The translations under genes were made by a program, and so were the position numbers. The notes under the pieces are model-generated. The model had not been told where the DNA came from, did no database searches, and saw only the letters and a list, made by a program, of their open reading frames with translations. A stretch of 62,956 nt of DNA, filler included, from Stramenopiles sp. TOSAG23-2 (taxonomy: Eukaryota), in NCBI GenBank assembly GCA_900128395.1. It is 27 parts of 27 records of this genome, joined end to end, with 100 filler letters (N's around TTAATTAATTAA, not from the genome) between each part and the next. Parts side by side here need not be neighbours in the genome. Positions count along the whole stretch, not along the records: positions 23,459 to 25,697 come from LT651906.1; positions 25,798 to 28,032 come from LT651907.1; positions 28,133 to 30,365 come from LT651908.1; positions 30,466 to 32,698 come from LT651909.1; positions 32,799 to 35,031 come from LT651910.1; positions 35,132 to 37,363 come from LT651911.1; 21 more parts are not named here. One strand, given 5' to 3'. Positions 25,491 through 37,463 of the stretch are shown piece after piece. Numbering within the stretch: the stretch's first letter is position 1; each line of letters opens with the position of its first letter.

Positions 25491-25697
25491 CTTGTAGAGT
25501 ATTAGTTTGCAGAGAGGTGCATTAAGAGCTTTACTATAGTACGATATAGGATAGAATATATTATTCTTGCGATTGAGTATTGGGGCATATTACTTAGCAC
25601 GAGAAGTGTAAAATTATTATCATATGATATTATATATATGACATATTGGTTAAAATCTAAGTTATAATATTTTTACACTTCTCGTGTTAAAGTAATA
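25491..25697. repeat. Dispersed AT-rich repeat (copy 1) with internal inverted repeat
   Basis: Aligns with 30510-30740 (cttgtagagta...ttagtttgcaga...gtgcatta...tattattcttgcgattgagtattg...cacgagaagtgtaaaa). Arms 25588-25620 and 25664-25697 are near reverse complements. Confidence 0.8.
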
Positions 25698-26174
25698 NNN
25701 NNNNNNNNNNNNNNNNNNNNNNNNNNNNNNNNNNNNNNNNNTTAATTAATTAANNNNNNNNNNNNNNNNNNNNNNNNNNNNNNNNNNNNNNNNNNNNTTA
25801 GTAAAGCATATTTATTGATGATGAAACATAAAGGTGGGAGTTTTATATTTGAGTAAAAAAAAAAAAAGGTGGGTGTGCGTGCCAGCGTGTATATAAAAGT
25901 ATGAAAATGTACAGTAAAAAATACGAAAAATAAAAAAATATTATTTTTTTTATTAGGGGGCATAAAATATTTGAAATATAATCCATATATATAAAATGTT
26001 CTCTTACTCATATATTATACGAAGTATAAATTTCTTTTACTCCCGTTCATTAACGTCTTAAATCAAAAATGATTTATAAAGCCATATATATACCATTTTT
26101 TCGTTTTTATACTTCGTAGAATTTGAGTATTATTCTTTGAGATAGAGTATTGAGCATATGATAGTATTTACCGC

Positions 26175-26340
26175 AGGAAGTATCATAAAATTAATAATGA
26201 TCTAGATTTTTAACCACACACCATTATTTTAATTCGTACGAAGCTTCGTATAAAAAAAGGAAGTATCATAAAATTAATAATGATCTAGATTTTTAACCAC
26301 ACACCATTATTTTAATTCGTACGAAGCTTCGTATAAAAAA
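26175..26340. repeat. 83-bp exact tandem duplication
   Basis: 26175-26257 = 26258-26340; each copy contains the palindrome TACGAAGCTTCGTA. Confidence 0.85.
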
Positions 26341-26377
26341 TACTACGTTCGTATAAAAACGATTTTTCAATTTTTTT

Positions 26378-26703
26378 TTATTCTTTCACTATGCAATCCC
26401 CACCATCGAAGTTGCACTGGTGACTGTTGCACGTTACATCACAAATACCATTGTTGAGTGTTCTTTCAGACCAACAATAGTCCGAACAAATTGGTTTACA
26501 ATTTATTGCGGCGGCAGTTTGTTGTCCGGAAAATGAATCACAGAGTGGATTACCAGCAAAATACGATTCCAATTTCTCTCCATTCTGTTGTAAATATGAT
26601 TTTAAGTTGGAAGACAATTTCGAAATACTATTATTTCTGGCATCTAAATAGATTAAATTAGTAAATTCATTTAAATAATCGGGCAATTCAGTACAGAATT
26701 AAA
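26378..26703 (-). CDS. LRR protein C-terminal fragment ending in an LNR (Lin-12/Notch) repeat
   Basis: LPDYLNEFTNLIYLDARNNSI; YFAGNPLC cap; CWSERTLNNGICDVTCNSHQCNFDGGDC. Confidence 0.78.
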
Positions 26704-26828
26704 NNNNNNNNNNNNNNNNNNNNNNNNNNNNNNNNNNNNNNNNNNNNNNNNNNNNNNNNNTCTGGCATCTAAATAGATTAAATTAGTAAATTCATTTAAA
26801 TAATCGGGCAATTCAGTACAGAATTAAA
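26636..26828. other. Internal scaffold gap with duplicated 68-bp flanks and chimeric junction
   Basis: 26636-26703 = 26761-26828 on either side of N 26704-26760; the sequence then switches to an opposite-strand ORF. Confidence 0.8.
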
Positions 26829-26829
26829 C

Positions 26830-27480
26830 GTGCAAATATATGCAGACAAGAACAGGTGTTGTAAGGGCATCAAAGATTATGCTGTATGTTTAAAAAGAAG
26901 AAATAATTGCAGAGATGAAGTTAAAGCATTAGATACATCTGTATGGAATTCTTGGAAGGAACAGCCCTTCTCGTTTAAATTGACTGTAACTGGTACAATA
27001 TTTAAATGGGAACTTTCTGACTTTATTCTTGATGGTACACTATACACAAAACTTTCCGGAATAAATTATGTCAACATGGAAGGAGGAGATGTTAACGCTG
27101 GTATGCAAAAACAAAGTGAAACATTGCTGTTACAAACTGGCATGGAAAATAAAGATGCAGTTGAGACAACCTTTAAAGAATTTGTAAAAGGATTAAAGGA
27201 AGGCACAAGATGTGCTGATACATCAGCACAAGAAATATTTGCCACCGTGAGAATGAGTCAAGAAAGAAATCAAGATTTTGAATTTAGTTGCACAAAAAGC
27301 CCCAAGCTATGTAAATGTTTACGCCATATCAGTGCGAACAATAAAATTGTAACGTTCCAGTCATCGAATGGATTTCTTCGTTTGAATGGTAACGTAGATG
27401 AAGGTATTGAATTTGAAATAAGAGAACAATCAAAAGGCAGAAGACGAAGATTGCTTCAACAAAGTAGACGTTTCTGCTGA
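26830..27480 (+). CDS. Cys-containing protein C-terminal fragment ending GRRRRLLQQSRRFC
   Basis: 216-codon open frame with coding-like composition; 5' end lost at the junction. Confidence 0.7.
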   Translation: MQIYADKNRCCKGIKDYAVCLKRRNNCRDEVKALDTSVWNSWKEQPFSFKLTVTGTIFKWELSDFILDGTLYTKLSGINYVNMEGGDVNAGMQKQSETLLLQTGMENKDAVETTFKEFVKGLKEGTRCADTSAQEIFATVRMSQERNQDFEFSCTKSPKLCKCLRHISANNKIVTFQSSNGFLRLNGNVDEGIEFEIREQSKGRRRRLLQQSRRFC

Positions 27481-29121
27481 TTTTTCCCCAGTGTGCACTA
27501 AATTTAATTTAAAATATATATGAGATAATGTATGTAATGAAGTCTGTGTAATCATTTTACAAACCTTTTTTTTATACCGGTAACAAGCAGGAGTGTGTGT
27601 ATTTAAAAATATCCGATAGATCCTATATGTGCAACATGTCTATATTCGATAGGTCCATCAATACCTAGTACTATTTTCATGTTATTTGTTACACTTTTCT
27701 TAAATCAATCATCAACAATGTATACCAAATCTAAAAAATCTGTAAATAATAATCATACCAAGTATCTTAAATCTACAGTAGCAACAGTACATGATATTAT
27801 AAGCAACATAATATATTACGTTAGTTCATATTAAAAAATAATAATATCATACATAGTATGATAAAGTGTGAATAAATGTATCCAATCCAACTATAAATTT
27901 GAATGAATAACAATTAATTCGTAACATTGCAAATATCATTTTGTAAGAACAAAAAAGGAGAGAGACGGATGAAAGGTATACAAGGACTTGTTAGACGTTG
28001 GAGTTTGAACAAGAATAATAGACAAGACGGTANNNNNNNNNNNNNNNNNNNNNNNNNNNNNNNNNNNNNNNNNNNNTTAATTAATTAANNNNNNNNNNNN
28101 NNNNNNNNNNNNNNNNNNNNNNNNNNNNNNNNTTTTTTCTCCACACTTTGCAAAAAGCTACAGTACCTGGTACAGAGTACAGTACAGTGTACAAACTGTG
28201 CGCCCCTCGTCGATATTCAGAATACCTTAATTGTTCTGTGCTGTGTCCCCTACCTCTAAATTTCGGGCTCTCACGCGTTTACGATAGCATTACGCTTACG
28301 GACAAAACTCTAAAACAGGTAGAATAAGTACAAAACTTGCCGTAGCATTCACCACACCTGTTTGCCTTTCATGTTGGACCGATTAAAAATATCCGCAACT
28401 GGTTCATTAGCACTCACACAGTATGGAGCTTTTTTTTATTCGGACCGATACATCTATAAAATTGGACTTGTATCTACCATAGCAATAGTATTACAAACAA
28501 CAACCCGAATCGGTCAAAAGAGACTCGGTGTGTACTCCGCCTTCGATAGATTATTCTGCCGCCCAAGTAACATGTTTCCTAGAGTCAAGACACCTGCGGC
28601 CTATGTGAGGGTGCGATGCTACCCGCCTGCTAGGTTTTCTAATTTTAAAAAGGATTTTTTAGGAGGGTGATATCATTGTACGCTGGTAGAGTCGAAGCAA
28701 GTTTTTGGTTTTTGTTGGAGGAGAGGCGAGACTATGGGAAGGCTGTAGTAGGTCTGCCTATGTGTTAGGGATTCTGTATGGTGTGGCAATGCTGTGGTTT
28801 GATATTTGAAACGTACAGGGGCATACCATTAAACGAGGAAAGTGGCTAGTAGAAAAAAAAAATATCTAAAAAAGTTAAAGTGGGAGGGGCACCCTGTTGG
28901 TTTACAGTGTTTTAAATACTATAATAACAACAAGACAATATATATATTTTACACAAGAAACAAACTGACTAAAGCAGAAACGTCAAAACAAACAAAGAAA
29001 ATTGAAAGAAGAATTAAAACAACCAACGAATAGTTATAAAATCTACTGCGGTGTTTAAAAAAGTAAGAGGGTATTTCAACCTAGTTTGAAAATAGTATTG
29101 ATATATTTTTTGTTGATAACA

Positions 29122-30365
29122 ATGAAAAGAGTTGGTGTACATGTATTGATAATATGTTTGTTGTTAATATCAGTTGTTAGTGGTAAAGATTTAACTTGTA
29201 AACCTGGTGAAGGTGTTCCAACTGGTGTATATGGATTTACATCTGGTCCTCCATCACAATGTAGTGGTATTGATAGTATAACAACAGAAGAAGATTGTAA
29301 GGCAGCAGCTGAATATAATAGAAAAAATAATATTGATGATAATGATGGATATGCAGGCCGAGTGAGTTATTCGTATAGACCATATGGATGTTATTACTAT
29401 AAAATGATTAATTGGCATAAATATTGGTTTAATGGGTATCACAATCCAACAAAAGGATGCGATAGCGAACGTAAATGTATATGCAAAGCAAAATTATGTT
29501 CTAAATGCCCAAAAAATACATATAGTGAAGGTGGTATTAATCCAACATGTACTTCATGCCCAAATGATAGGCCTTTTACAAAACTACTTAGTAAGCAAGA
29601 TTCTATTGATGCTTGCACTAGTGATCTACTGTGCAAACCCGGTTATGGTATGGTGCCAATAGTCATACTAAATGCTACCCAATGCAGTGGTAATTCTCTA
29701 ATGGCAACAGCAGAAGAATGTCAAGCCGCAGCTGAGTATAATAGTAGGAATAATATCGATTCAAATGCAGGATATGGGGGCCTAACGGGTCAATCAGAGC
29801 ATCCACATGGGTGTATTTCTGTTGATAATATATATAAATATAATTTTAACACACACAATCCAAAGACTTGTAGTGATAGATATAAATGTATATGCAAAAA
29901 GAAAACACAAATATGTACGAAGTGCCCAACAAATTCATACAATAGTGAAGGTGGCATCAATCCATTGTGTAAATCATGCACTCGTCCACAGTTAACAAAC
30001 ACAGAACGAACACGATGTATTAACCCAGCAGATTTGCTTGAAACTGTACAACAAGATATAGACAAACAAAAAGAAGAAACAAATGATTTATCCATTAAAA
30101 ATTCACGGTTATGGGCAAAAGAAACAACACGTTTACAGTACGATAAAATAACGCACAATCGCAAAAACAAAGATATGAACGACGAACGAACATCATGCGA
30201 AAAACAACGGGATAAAGGTACAACTATTTTCCCTGCCATTGAAATATCAAACGAAATTGAAAAAATTGAAGATACAACATGTATTGATACAAATCGTGAT
30301 GAATTATTAAAATCATTTTGTTCCTTCACATCTGATTTAGATAATTTATTTCAAATACAAAATAA
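29122..30365 (+). CDS. Secreted Cys-rich protein with duplicated ~140-aa module and coiled coil, 3' truncated
   Basis: Signal peptide MKRVGVHVLIICLLLISVVSG; two copies of CKPG...C.G...T.E.C.AAAEYN..NNID...P.GC...CICK...C.KCP.N.Y(N)SEGGINP.C.SC. Confidence 0.8.
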
Positions 30366-30509
30366 NNNNNNNNNNNNNNNNNNNNNNNNNNNNNNNNNNN
30401 NNNNNNNNNTTAATTAATTAANNNNNNNNNNNNNNNNNNNNNNNNNNNNNNNNNNNNNNNNNNNNGCGCGTTCAACGATTGCGCACGGAAGGATAGAAAC
30501 CTACTTGTG

Positions 30510-30740
30510 CTTGTAGAGTACGCTCGTATTAGTTTGCAGAGGTGCATTAGAGCTTTACTATTTACTATTAGTAGGATAACACATATTATTCTTGCGATTG
30601 AGTATTGAGCATATTTACTTTAACACGAGAAGTGTAAAAATATTATAAAATGATGGTAACTTATATTACTTTATCACGAGAAGTGTAAAATTATTATAAC
30701 TTAGATTTTAACCATCATTATAACTTAGATTTTAACCATC
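30510..30740. repeat. Dispersed AT-rich repeat (copy 2)
   Basis: Homologous to 25491-25697; here the cacgagaagtgtaaaa unit occurs as a direct repeat. Partial copies at ~26121-26220 and ~62807-62905. Confidence 0.78.
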
Positions 30741-30969
30741 ATATATGTTCTTTCAATAAATATGATATAATGTGTGTTTTGTGCTCTTTAAATTAATGAT
30801 ATATTTTAAATCACACATTTAATTTATTCCTCTGCTCCTATACATTTTCTACTTCGTACCATTTTCATCAAATAAGAATTTGAGATAATTTGTTTTTTCC
30901 ACACCTTTTTGAACGTAAAAGTGCAAAATGATCTCTTGTTTAAAATTGGACTCTCTACTAGATATTTTA

Positions 30970-32698
30970 TTACTCATCATCTCCAAGTTGTTCTAATTCT
31001 TGCATTTTTGCTTGCATTGCTTGCATATACATATTACTTAATTTAGCATGTTGTTCAGCATCTTCTATAATACGTCCAGACATTATATTTCCATCATCAT
31101 CATCACCATCATCATTATCATTTCCAATAGGTAATGCAAAACTATCTTGCGATTGTTGATGTTGTTGTTGTCTTCTTCTTCCACCTGATGTATTACTATT
31201 CAAACTAGCATTACTATTACTACGTTTATTATTATTATTATTAGTAGTTGTATTACCATTACCATTTACACCACGTTGTTGTAATTGTTTTTGCCTTCTA
31301 CGTTCACGTCTTATACGCATATCTTCTTTTGCTTGCTCTTTTGCATTTAAAAAACGTGCAGTTTCCAATGTTTCATTCCTCGTTCGCATACGATGTGATG
31401 GTTGTTCCAATTCTTCTTGTTCTTTTAATAATTGATTTTGTAATTCTTGTTTGACACGTAAACTATGATAATTATTATTATTGTTGTTTTGACTATAATT
31501 GTTGTTGTTGTTATTATAATTATCCCCACTAGGACGTTGTGGTTCCATACGTATTACTGCATTTAATGTTTCTTTTTCACGCATTTCTTTACGTAATGGT
31601 GCAGGATTTTTTAATTTACTTATACGTTCTTTCACTTCATCCATTTTGTCTGGATCAATTTTCGGTGCAACTTGTTTACGTACAAATTCACCATATGCCT
31701 TTTGTTTTGCACGTATTAATTTTTTTTCTCTTAATTTTAATTGTTCTTTCGTTTGATTTTTACGTTGTTCCTCTAAAATAGACATTTTCGTTTTATTTGT
31801 ATAATATGTTTTCGATTGATTCCATACTTTTTCCCTACCACGTCGTTTTAAACGACTGCGTTCCCGGTTCAAACGTTCTTGTGCTTGTATCGCACGTTGA
31901 TGCATATCTATGTCGGACAATGCAGGTGAACTTTCTTTAAATCGTTTATGTATTGCAGCTAATCTTTCTTTTCTACGTATTAATTCTGGCATTAATACAC
32001 GTTCATTGTATTCATCTTCCATACGTTTATATAATGGTTTTTTTTTTATTTTTTTCAATTTCTTTTCTTTTTTTAATAATTTTTCACGTTCTTCTCTCCT
32101 TTGTTCACGTTCACGTTTTTGTGAAGCAACACGTTCAGCTAATAAACGTTTTCGTTCCGCTTCATGTTCTTCTTGTATACGTTTTCTACGTTCTTCGTTT
32201 TTTTCAATATTTTGACGGAACATTTCTTGTTCCGCTCTTTCTGCCATTAAACGTTGTTGTTTTTTCTTTTCTAATTCAATACGTTTACGTCTTAAACGTT
32301 TTTGTGCCTCCTTATGCTTTCGCATATTTTCATCTAATTCTTCCGGTGAAGTAAATCCAGCTTGTTGTATACTACGTCTACCTCCTTTTGCTAACATTCC
32401 ACCAAAAATTTCAGAATCCGTTGCTTGTAATTGTTTAATTAAATTTACTTGATCTTGATTATTATTATTATTATTATTATTTTCCATATTTAATTGATCT
32501 TGTATTTGTGTTTGTGTCATGGTTGGAAAATCAATACCATCTGCATTAATAATATTTCCATCATCATCTAATTGTTGTACATCACCACCACCTTGTTTCA
32601 TTTGTTCTTCTAATAATTTTGCTCTGCGCAATAAATCAGTCGTTTTACCATATCGATCTGCTGCACGTTTTGCTTTTTGACGTTCTATATTTTCTTCT
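30970..32698 (-). CDS. Long charged coiled-coil protein, 5' partial
   Basis: More than 570 open codons, E/K/R/Q-rich heptads, poly-N tracts. Confidence 0.75.
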
Positions 32699-32798
32699 NN
32701 NNNNNNNNNNNNNNNNNNNNNNNNNNNNNNNNNNNNNNNNNNTTAATTAATTAANNNNNNNNNNNNNNNNNNNNNNNNNNNNNNNNNNNNNNNNNNNN

Positions 32799-33771
32799 TA
32801 TTGTTTGTTTTTAACAATTCACCAATACTTTGTACATCAGTAATATTATTATTATTTAGGTACAATGTCGTTAATGTATTGTTTGTTTTTAACAATTCAC
32901 CAATACTTTGTACATCAGTAATATTATTATTATTTAGGTACAATGTCGTTAATGTATTGTTTGTTTTTAACAATTCACCAATACTTTGTACATCAGTAAT
33001 ATTATTACGTTGTAGGTACAATTCTGTTAATGTATTGTTTGCTTTCAATGCTTCAACTATATTTTGTAAATCCTCATCATGGATGTTCTATTTCAATTCT
33101 TTAAAAATTTTCAATATGTTTTTCTGTTGTCCATTATGATCTTTGAAATTTGCATTTTGTAAGAATCGAGATGGTATTGCGAAACGCAATATTTGGTGAA
33201 CGATTACCATCGTTGTTCTCAATAATGATGGTACGATTGTGATAGAATCACCTGTTTTATCGAAATAGAAGTCAGGTATTCCATAGTCAATCAATTCAGT
33301 GTATGAAATTTCATTGCGTAAATAACGATCAATACGTTCACTGGCAGATTCACCATCTGGTGTTGTAGATAACAATGGCGGATGTACCATGTATCGGTTC
33401 TCTCCTAAGAATGAAAATAACGGATTCTGCATGGTTGAAATGTTAATCACAAACGAAATAATGCATACACATAAGCGTGATATTTGTAATGATTTTTCGA
33501 TAACAGAGCGCTTCATATCTTCATAATTCCCCGCATTTTTAAACACGACAATGCCAGTTGATTTGATTGATGAACTAAGTTTACGCAGTAAGGATTGTTC
33601 TGCACGTATTTTAGAATCAAAGTCAACTAATGGTGTTGGTGTTGTTGTAGTATCGTCGTTGAATGTCTCATTTAATTGTTGAACTACATTGTCGACAGCA
33701 GTGTCGAAGGCACTATTTCTTGGGGTGTTGGCTTCACCACTTGTACTATCATTGGAAGTAATATTCGACAT
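32799..33771 (-). pseudogene. LRR protein (26-aa near-identical repeats) interrupted by an in-frame TAG; 3' truncated
   Basis: ORF 33088-33771 and the LRR ORF share one frame: KELK*NIHDEDLQNIVEALKANNTLTELYL...; 78-bp repeats NNTLTTLYLNNNNITDVQSIGELLKT. Confidence 0.6.
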
Positions 33772-33836
33772 GATAGGTCGGATTTGTCAAATAAACGGTA
33801 TACTACTAAGTACGTTTGAATTCGCAAATAAAAGTA

Positions 33837-34118
33837 ATCGATTTAGGAAAATTTAAATTGAGCTAAAATTTTCGACGATTTGCTATGAAAAATCGGTATA
33901 CTAAATTTATACTTCGATTGTCACGTTTTTGGATATTGATCGATTTAGGAAAATTTAAATTGAGCTAAAATTTTCGACGATTTGCTATGAAAAATCGGTA
34001 TACTAAATTTATACTTCGATTGTCACGTTTTTGGATATTGATCGATTTAGGAAAATTTAAATTGAGCTAAAATTTTCGACGATTTGCTATGAAAAATCGG
34101 TATACTAAATTTATACTT
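33837..34118. repeat. Non-coding 102-bp tandem repeat, ~2.8 units
   Basis: Units start at 33837, 33939 and 34041; stops in all frames; a diverged partial unit at ~33781-33815. Confidence 0.9.
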
Positions 34119-35131
34119 GGATTTTCTATTTTGGAATAGTTTCGTTAGAAATTAAAAATTTGCTGCAGACAAATGTTTTGGTTCCGTGAAACGTTCTTTT
34201 TCTTTTCTTAAATATAAATTCTAACAAAAAAATATTTTTTAGATACTTTAGATCCCTTTTTTAAATGTACTCACTAAGCTCAATTTGTTAACAATCTTTA
34301 AATAGATTTGTTATTCTTGTTGCTTGTATGTGTGTGATTTAATAAAAGAGTCTATTGTATCAATATTTGTAATATTTTGATTTGTAGAAGACAATTGCTT
34401 TTAATCTTGACTTGTTTTTACTTTGATATTCTTATCTATTTCTTATATAATGTAGTTTATATGACAGAAGTTTCACTGGCCAGTTGAATACTTCTATCTA
34501 TTGAACTAATGTATATAATTATATATAACTTGAATAATCCTTCTTATATATATCTAGCCGCTACCATTTAATATAATAGGAAGCTACAAGATTTATGTAT
34601 GATAAAAAGATTATATAGTATATTACATGTGTTACTCTCTCTTCTCTTCCATATATTTATTAGATATATATATGTTTACGGCGGGTGTCTCGTATAACTT
34701 GTAAATGTCATATTGGTGATGATCAATTATCATCACTCATTAGCATAGACACAGCATTACGATTAGCTCATGCTAATCCCACCGTAGAAACGCTTGGAGA
34801 GATATAATATGCTAACAATGCACAATGTTGTACTTAGGCCATATAATAAATACAGTACTACTTGTTGTACTTGGTGTACCTGGTAAGTGCGTAAGTTCAG
34901 TAAGAGAGAAGAAGTTTTCAAAACCTCAATGTTTGTTGCCAATATAAAACAACCGGCCGTTATTATTATTTCCATTTAATATTTGAAGTATGATAGAGAG
35001 AGATGATAATAGTAGTTCAAAACAACAAGAANNNNNNNNNNNNNNNNNNNNNNNNNNNNNNNNNNNNNNNNNNNNTTAATTAATTAANNNNNNNNNNNNN
35101 NNNNNNNNNNNNNNNNNNNNNNNNNNNNNNN

Positions 35132-37151
35132 TAAAAAAAATGTTATTCATCAAAATAAAACCATGATGTTAAAATATTATTTATCTTCTACATCAAATAA
35201 TAATAATAATAAAGACGACGTGTCATCTCCTCGTAATGTAGGATTGGATATTTCAAAAATACCAGAGATTCCACTTGAAAACATACGTAATTTTTCAATC
35301 ATAGCACATGTAGATCATGGAAAATCAACATTATCAGATCGAATATTAGAATATACTGGGAATATAGACCCAAATACAAATGCAAAACAATTATTAGATA
35401 CACTAGATGTAGAAAAAGAACGAGGCATTACCGTAAAAGCGCAATCTGTTACAATGATTTATAATCACCAAGAAGACGACCATGTATCGTCATCAAAAGA
35501 TAAAAATAGCAGCAATGATGATACTAGTAACAAAGAAAATAATTATTTATTAAATTTAATTGATACACCAGGTCATGTAGATTTTTCATTTGAAGTATTA
35601 CGAAGTTTAAATGCATGTGATGGTGCTTTATTATTGGTAGACTCTACTCAAGGTGTTGAAGCACAAACAATAGCAAATTATCGAATAGCAAAAAAAGCAA
35701 ATTTAAAAGTAATACCATGTTTAACAAAATTAGATTTACCACATGCTGATCCAGCAATGGCATTGGAACAAATTGAATCTGCATTTGGTATTGAGGAAGA
35801 TGATGTTGTATGGACAAGTGCAAAAACTGGGGAAGGAACAGATGATGTCTTAAAAGCATTAGTAAAGCGATTAGATCCACCCCAAGGTGATTATGAATCA
35901 AAATTTCAATGTAAAATAGTTGATAGTTGGCATAATCAATATCGTGGGATTGTTACATTAATAAATATTTCACACGGTTCGATTAAAAAAGGGGATAAAA
36001 TTGCTATGATGTCAACAAAGAAAAAATTTGAAGTGTTGGAATTAGGATTTTTATCACCAACACCAATAGAAACAAATGAATTAAAGGCTGGACAAGTTGG
36101 ATATCTAATATCTGGTATTAAAGATACAAAAGATATTCTAGCTGGAGATACGATTGTCATGGAAGACATGTTAAATTCACCAGAATTATTAAATGATATA
36201 GAAATTGTACAACCATCAAAACCAATGTTATATGCATCTGTCTATCCAACTGTTTCATCTGAATTTGAAAATCTAAAAAAATCATTAAATCGTCTCTTAT
36301 TAAATGATGTTAGTGTCCACGTTAGTTCTGAAAGCTCCGGTGCATTGGGGCAAGGATTTCGATGCGGTTTTCTTGGTAAATTACATATGGAAGTCTTTTT
36401 TCAACGATTGCATGATGAATTTGATGCTGATGTGATATCTACTGCACCTATGGTCCCGTTTGAAGCGGTGTTAAAAGATGGTACAATAACATTAGTAGAA
36501 AAACCTGCTGATTTACCAGATAGTAAAGAAGTTGAAAAATATATGGAACCTATGGCAATGGTAACAGTAGTAACACCACCTACTTATGTAGGATCAATGA
36601 TGGAATCCTTGCAATCAAGGCGAGGAGTACAAGATAGTATGTCTACACTGGATGTCAATACAACTATTATAAAATATAAATTACCATGGCAAGAAATTGT
36701 TATAGATTTATATGATGAGATAAAGTCTAGAAGTAGTGGGTATGCATCATTTGATTATGAGGAAATTGAACCAGAAGCAGCAAATATAGTACGCGTTGAT
36801 ATGTTATTAAATGGTTCACCAGTTGATGCATTATCATTTGTATGCCATCGAACAATGGCTGAGCAAAGAGGCAGAGATGTTGCCATGCGTTTAAAAAATG
36901 TGATTGATCGACAACAATATGAAGTAGTCATTCAAGCAGCTGTTGGTGCGAAAGTATTAGCAAAAGAACGAATTGCACCTTATCGTAAAAATGTATTAGT
37001 AAAATCTGGTAAAAATGTGGGTGGTGGTGACGTTACTCGGAAAAAAAAATTATTAGAAAAACAAAAGAAAGGAAAGAAACGTATGAAGATGATTGGGAAT
37101 GTACAAGTGAAACAAGAAGCATTTATGACGGTAATGAGTAGGAAGAAATGA
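35132..37151 (+). CDS. GUF1: Translation factor GUF1/EF-4 (LepA), probably mitochondrial, 5' partial
   Basis: IRNFSIIAHVDHGKSTLSDR, ERGITVKAQ, NLIDTPGHVDF, LGQGFRCGFLGKLHME, GGDVTRKKKLLEKQKKGKKRMK. Confidence 0.96.
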
Positions 37152-37463
37152 GGGAGAGGGAGGGGGAAGAGAGAGAGAGAGAGAGAAAGAAAGAAATAAA
37201 ATATTTGATTATTGATATATGATGGATATGGTGTACTTCTTTTTATGCATTATGATTATATAATGCATCATATACGAACCCAGAGTAAAGAGTAATAATG
37301 CATATCAAGCAAGATTATTTATTTTAAAAAAAGAAATAAAATAAAAATAATGCATATTTAAAANNNNNNNNNNNNNNNNNNNNNNNNNNNNNNNNNNNNN
37401 NNNNNNNTTAATTAATTAANNNNNNNNNNNNNNNNNNNNNNNNNNNNNNNNNNNNNNNNNNNN

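Noticed and set aside
26012-26030. loxP-like half site (TATACGAAGTAT)
   Set aside because: It is an imperfect single arm with no 8-bp spacer and second arm; better explained by the TACGAAGTA 3' motif.
28362-28670. 102-aa ORF in a relatively GC-rich intergenic stretch; possible transposon relic
   Set aside because: Non-ATG start, no recognisable motif, and no TIR/LTR seen.
33088-33090. Stop-codon reassignment (TAG or TAA read as sense)
   Set aside because: Long conserved genes (GUF1, SF3B3, GH15) have no internal stops, and TAA, TAG and TGA all terminate genes here.
33837-34118. CRISPR array
   Set aside because: The units are contiguous identical repeats with no unique spacers, there are no cas genes, and the context is eukaryotic.
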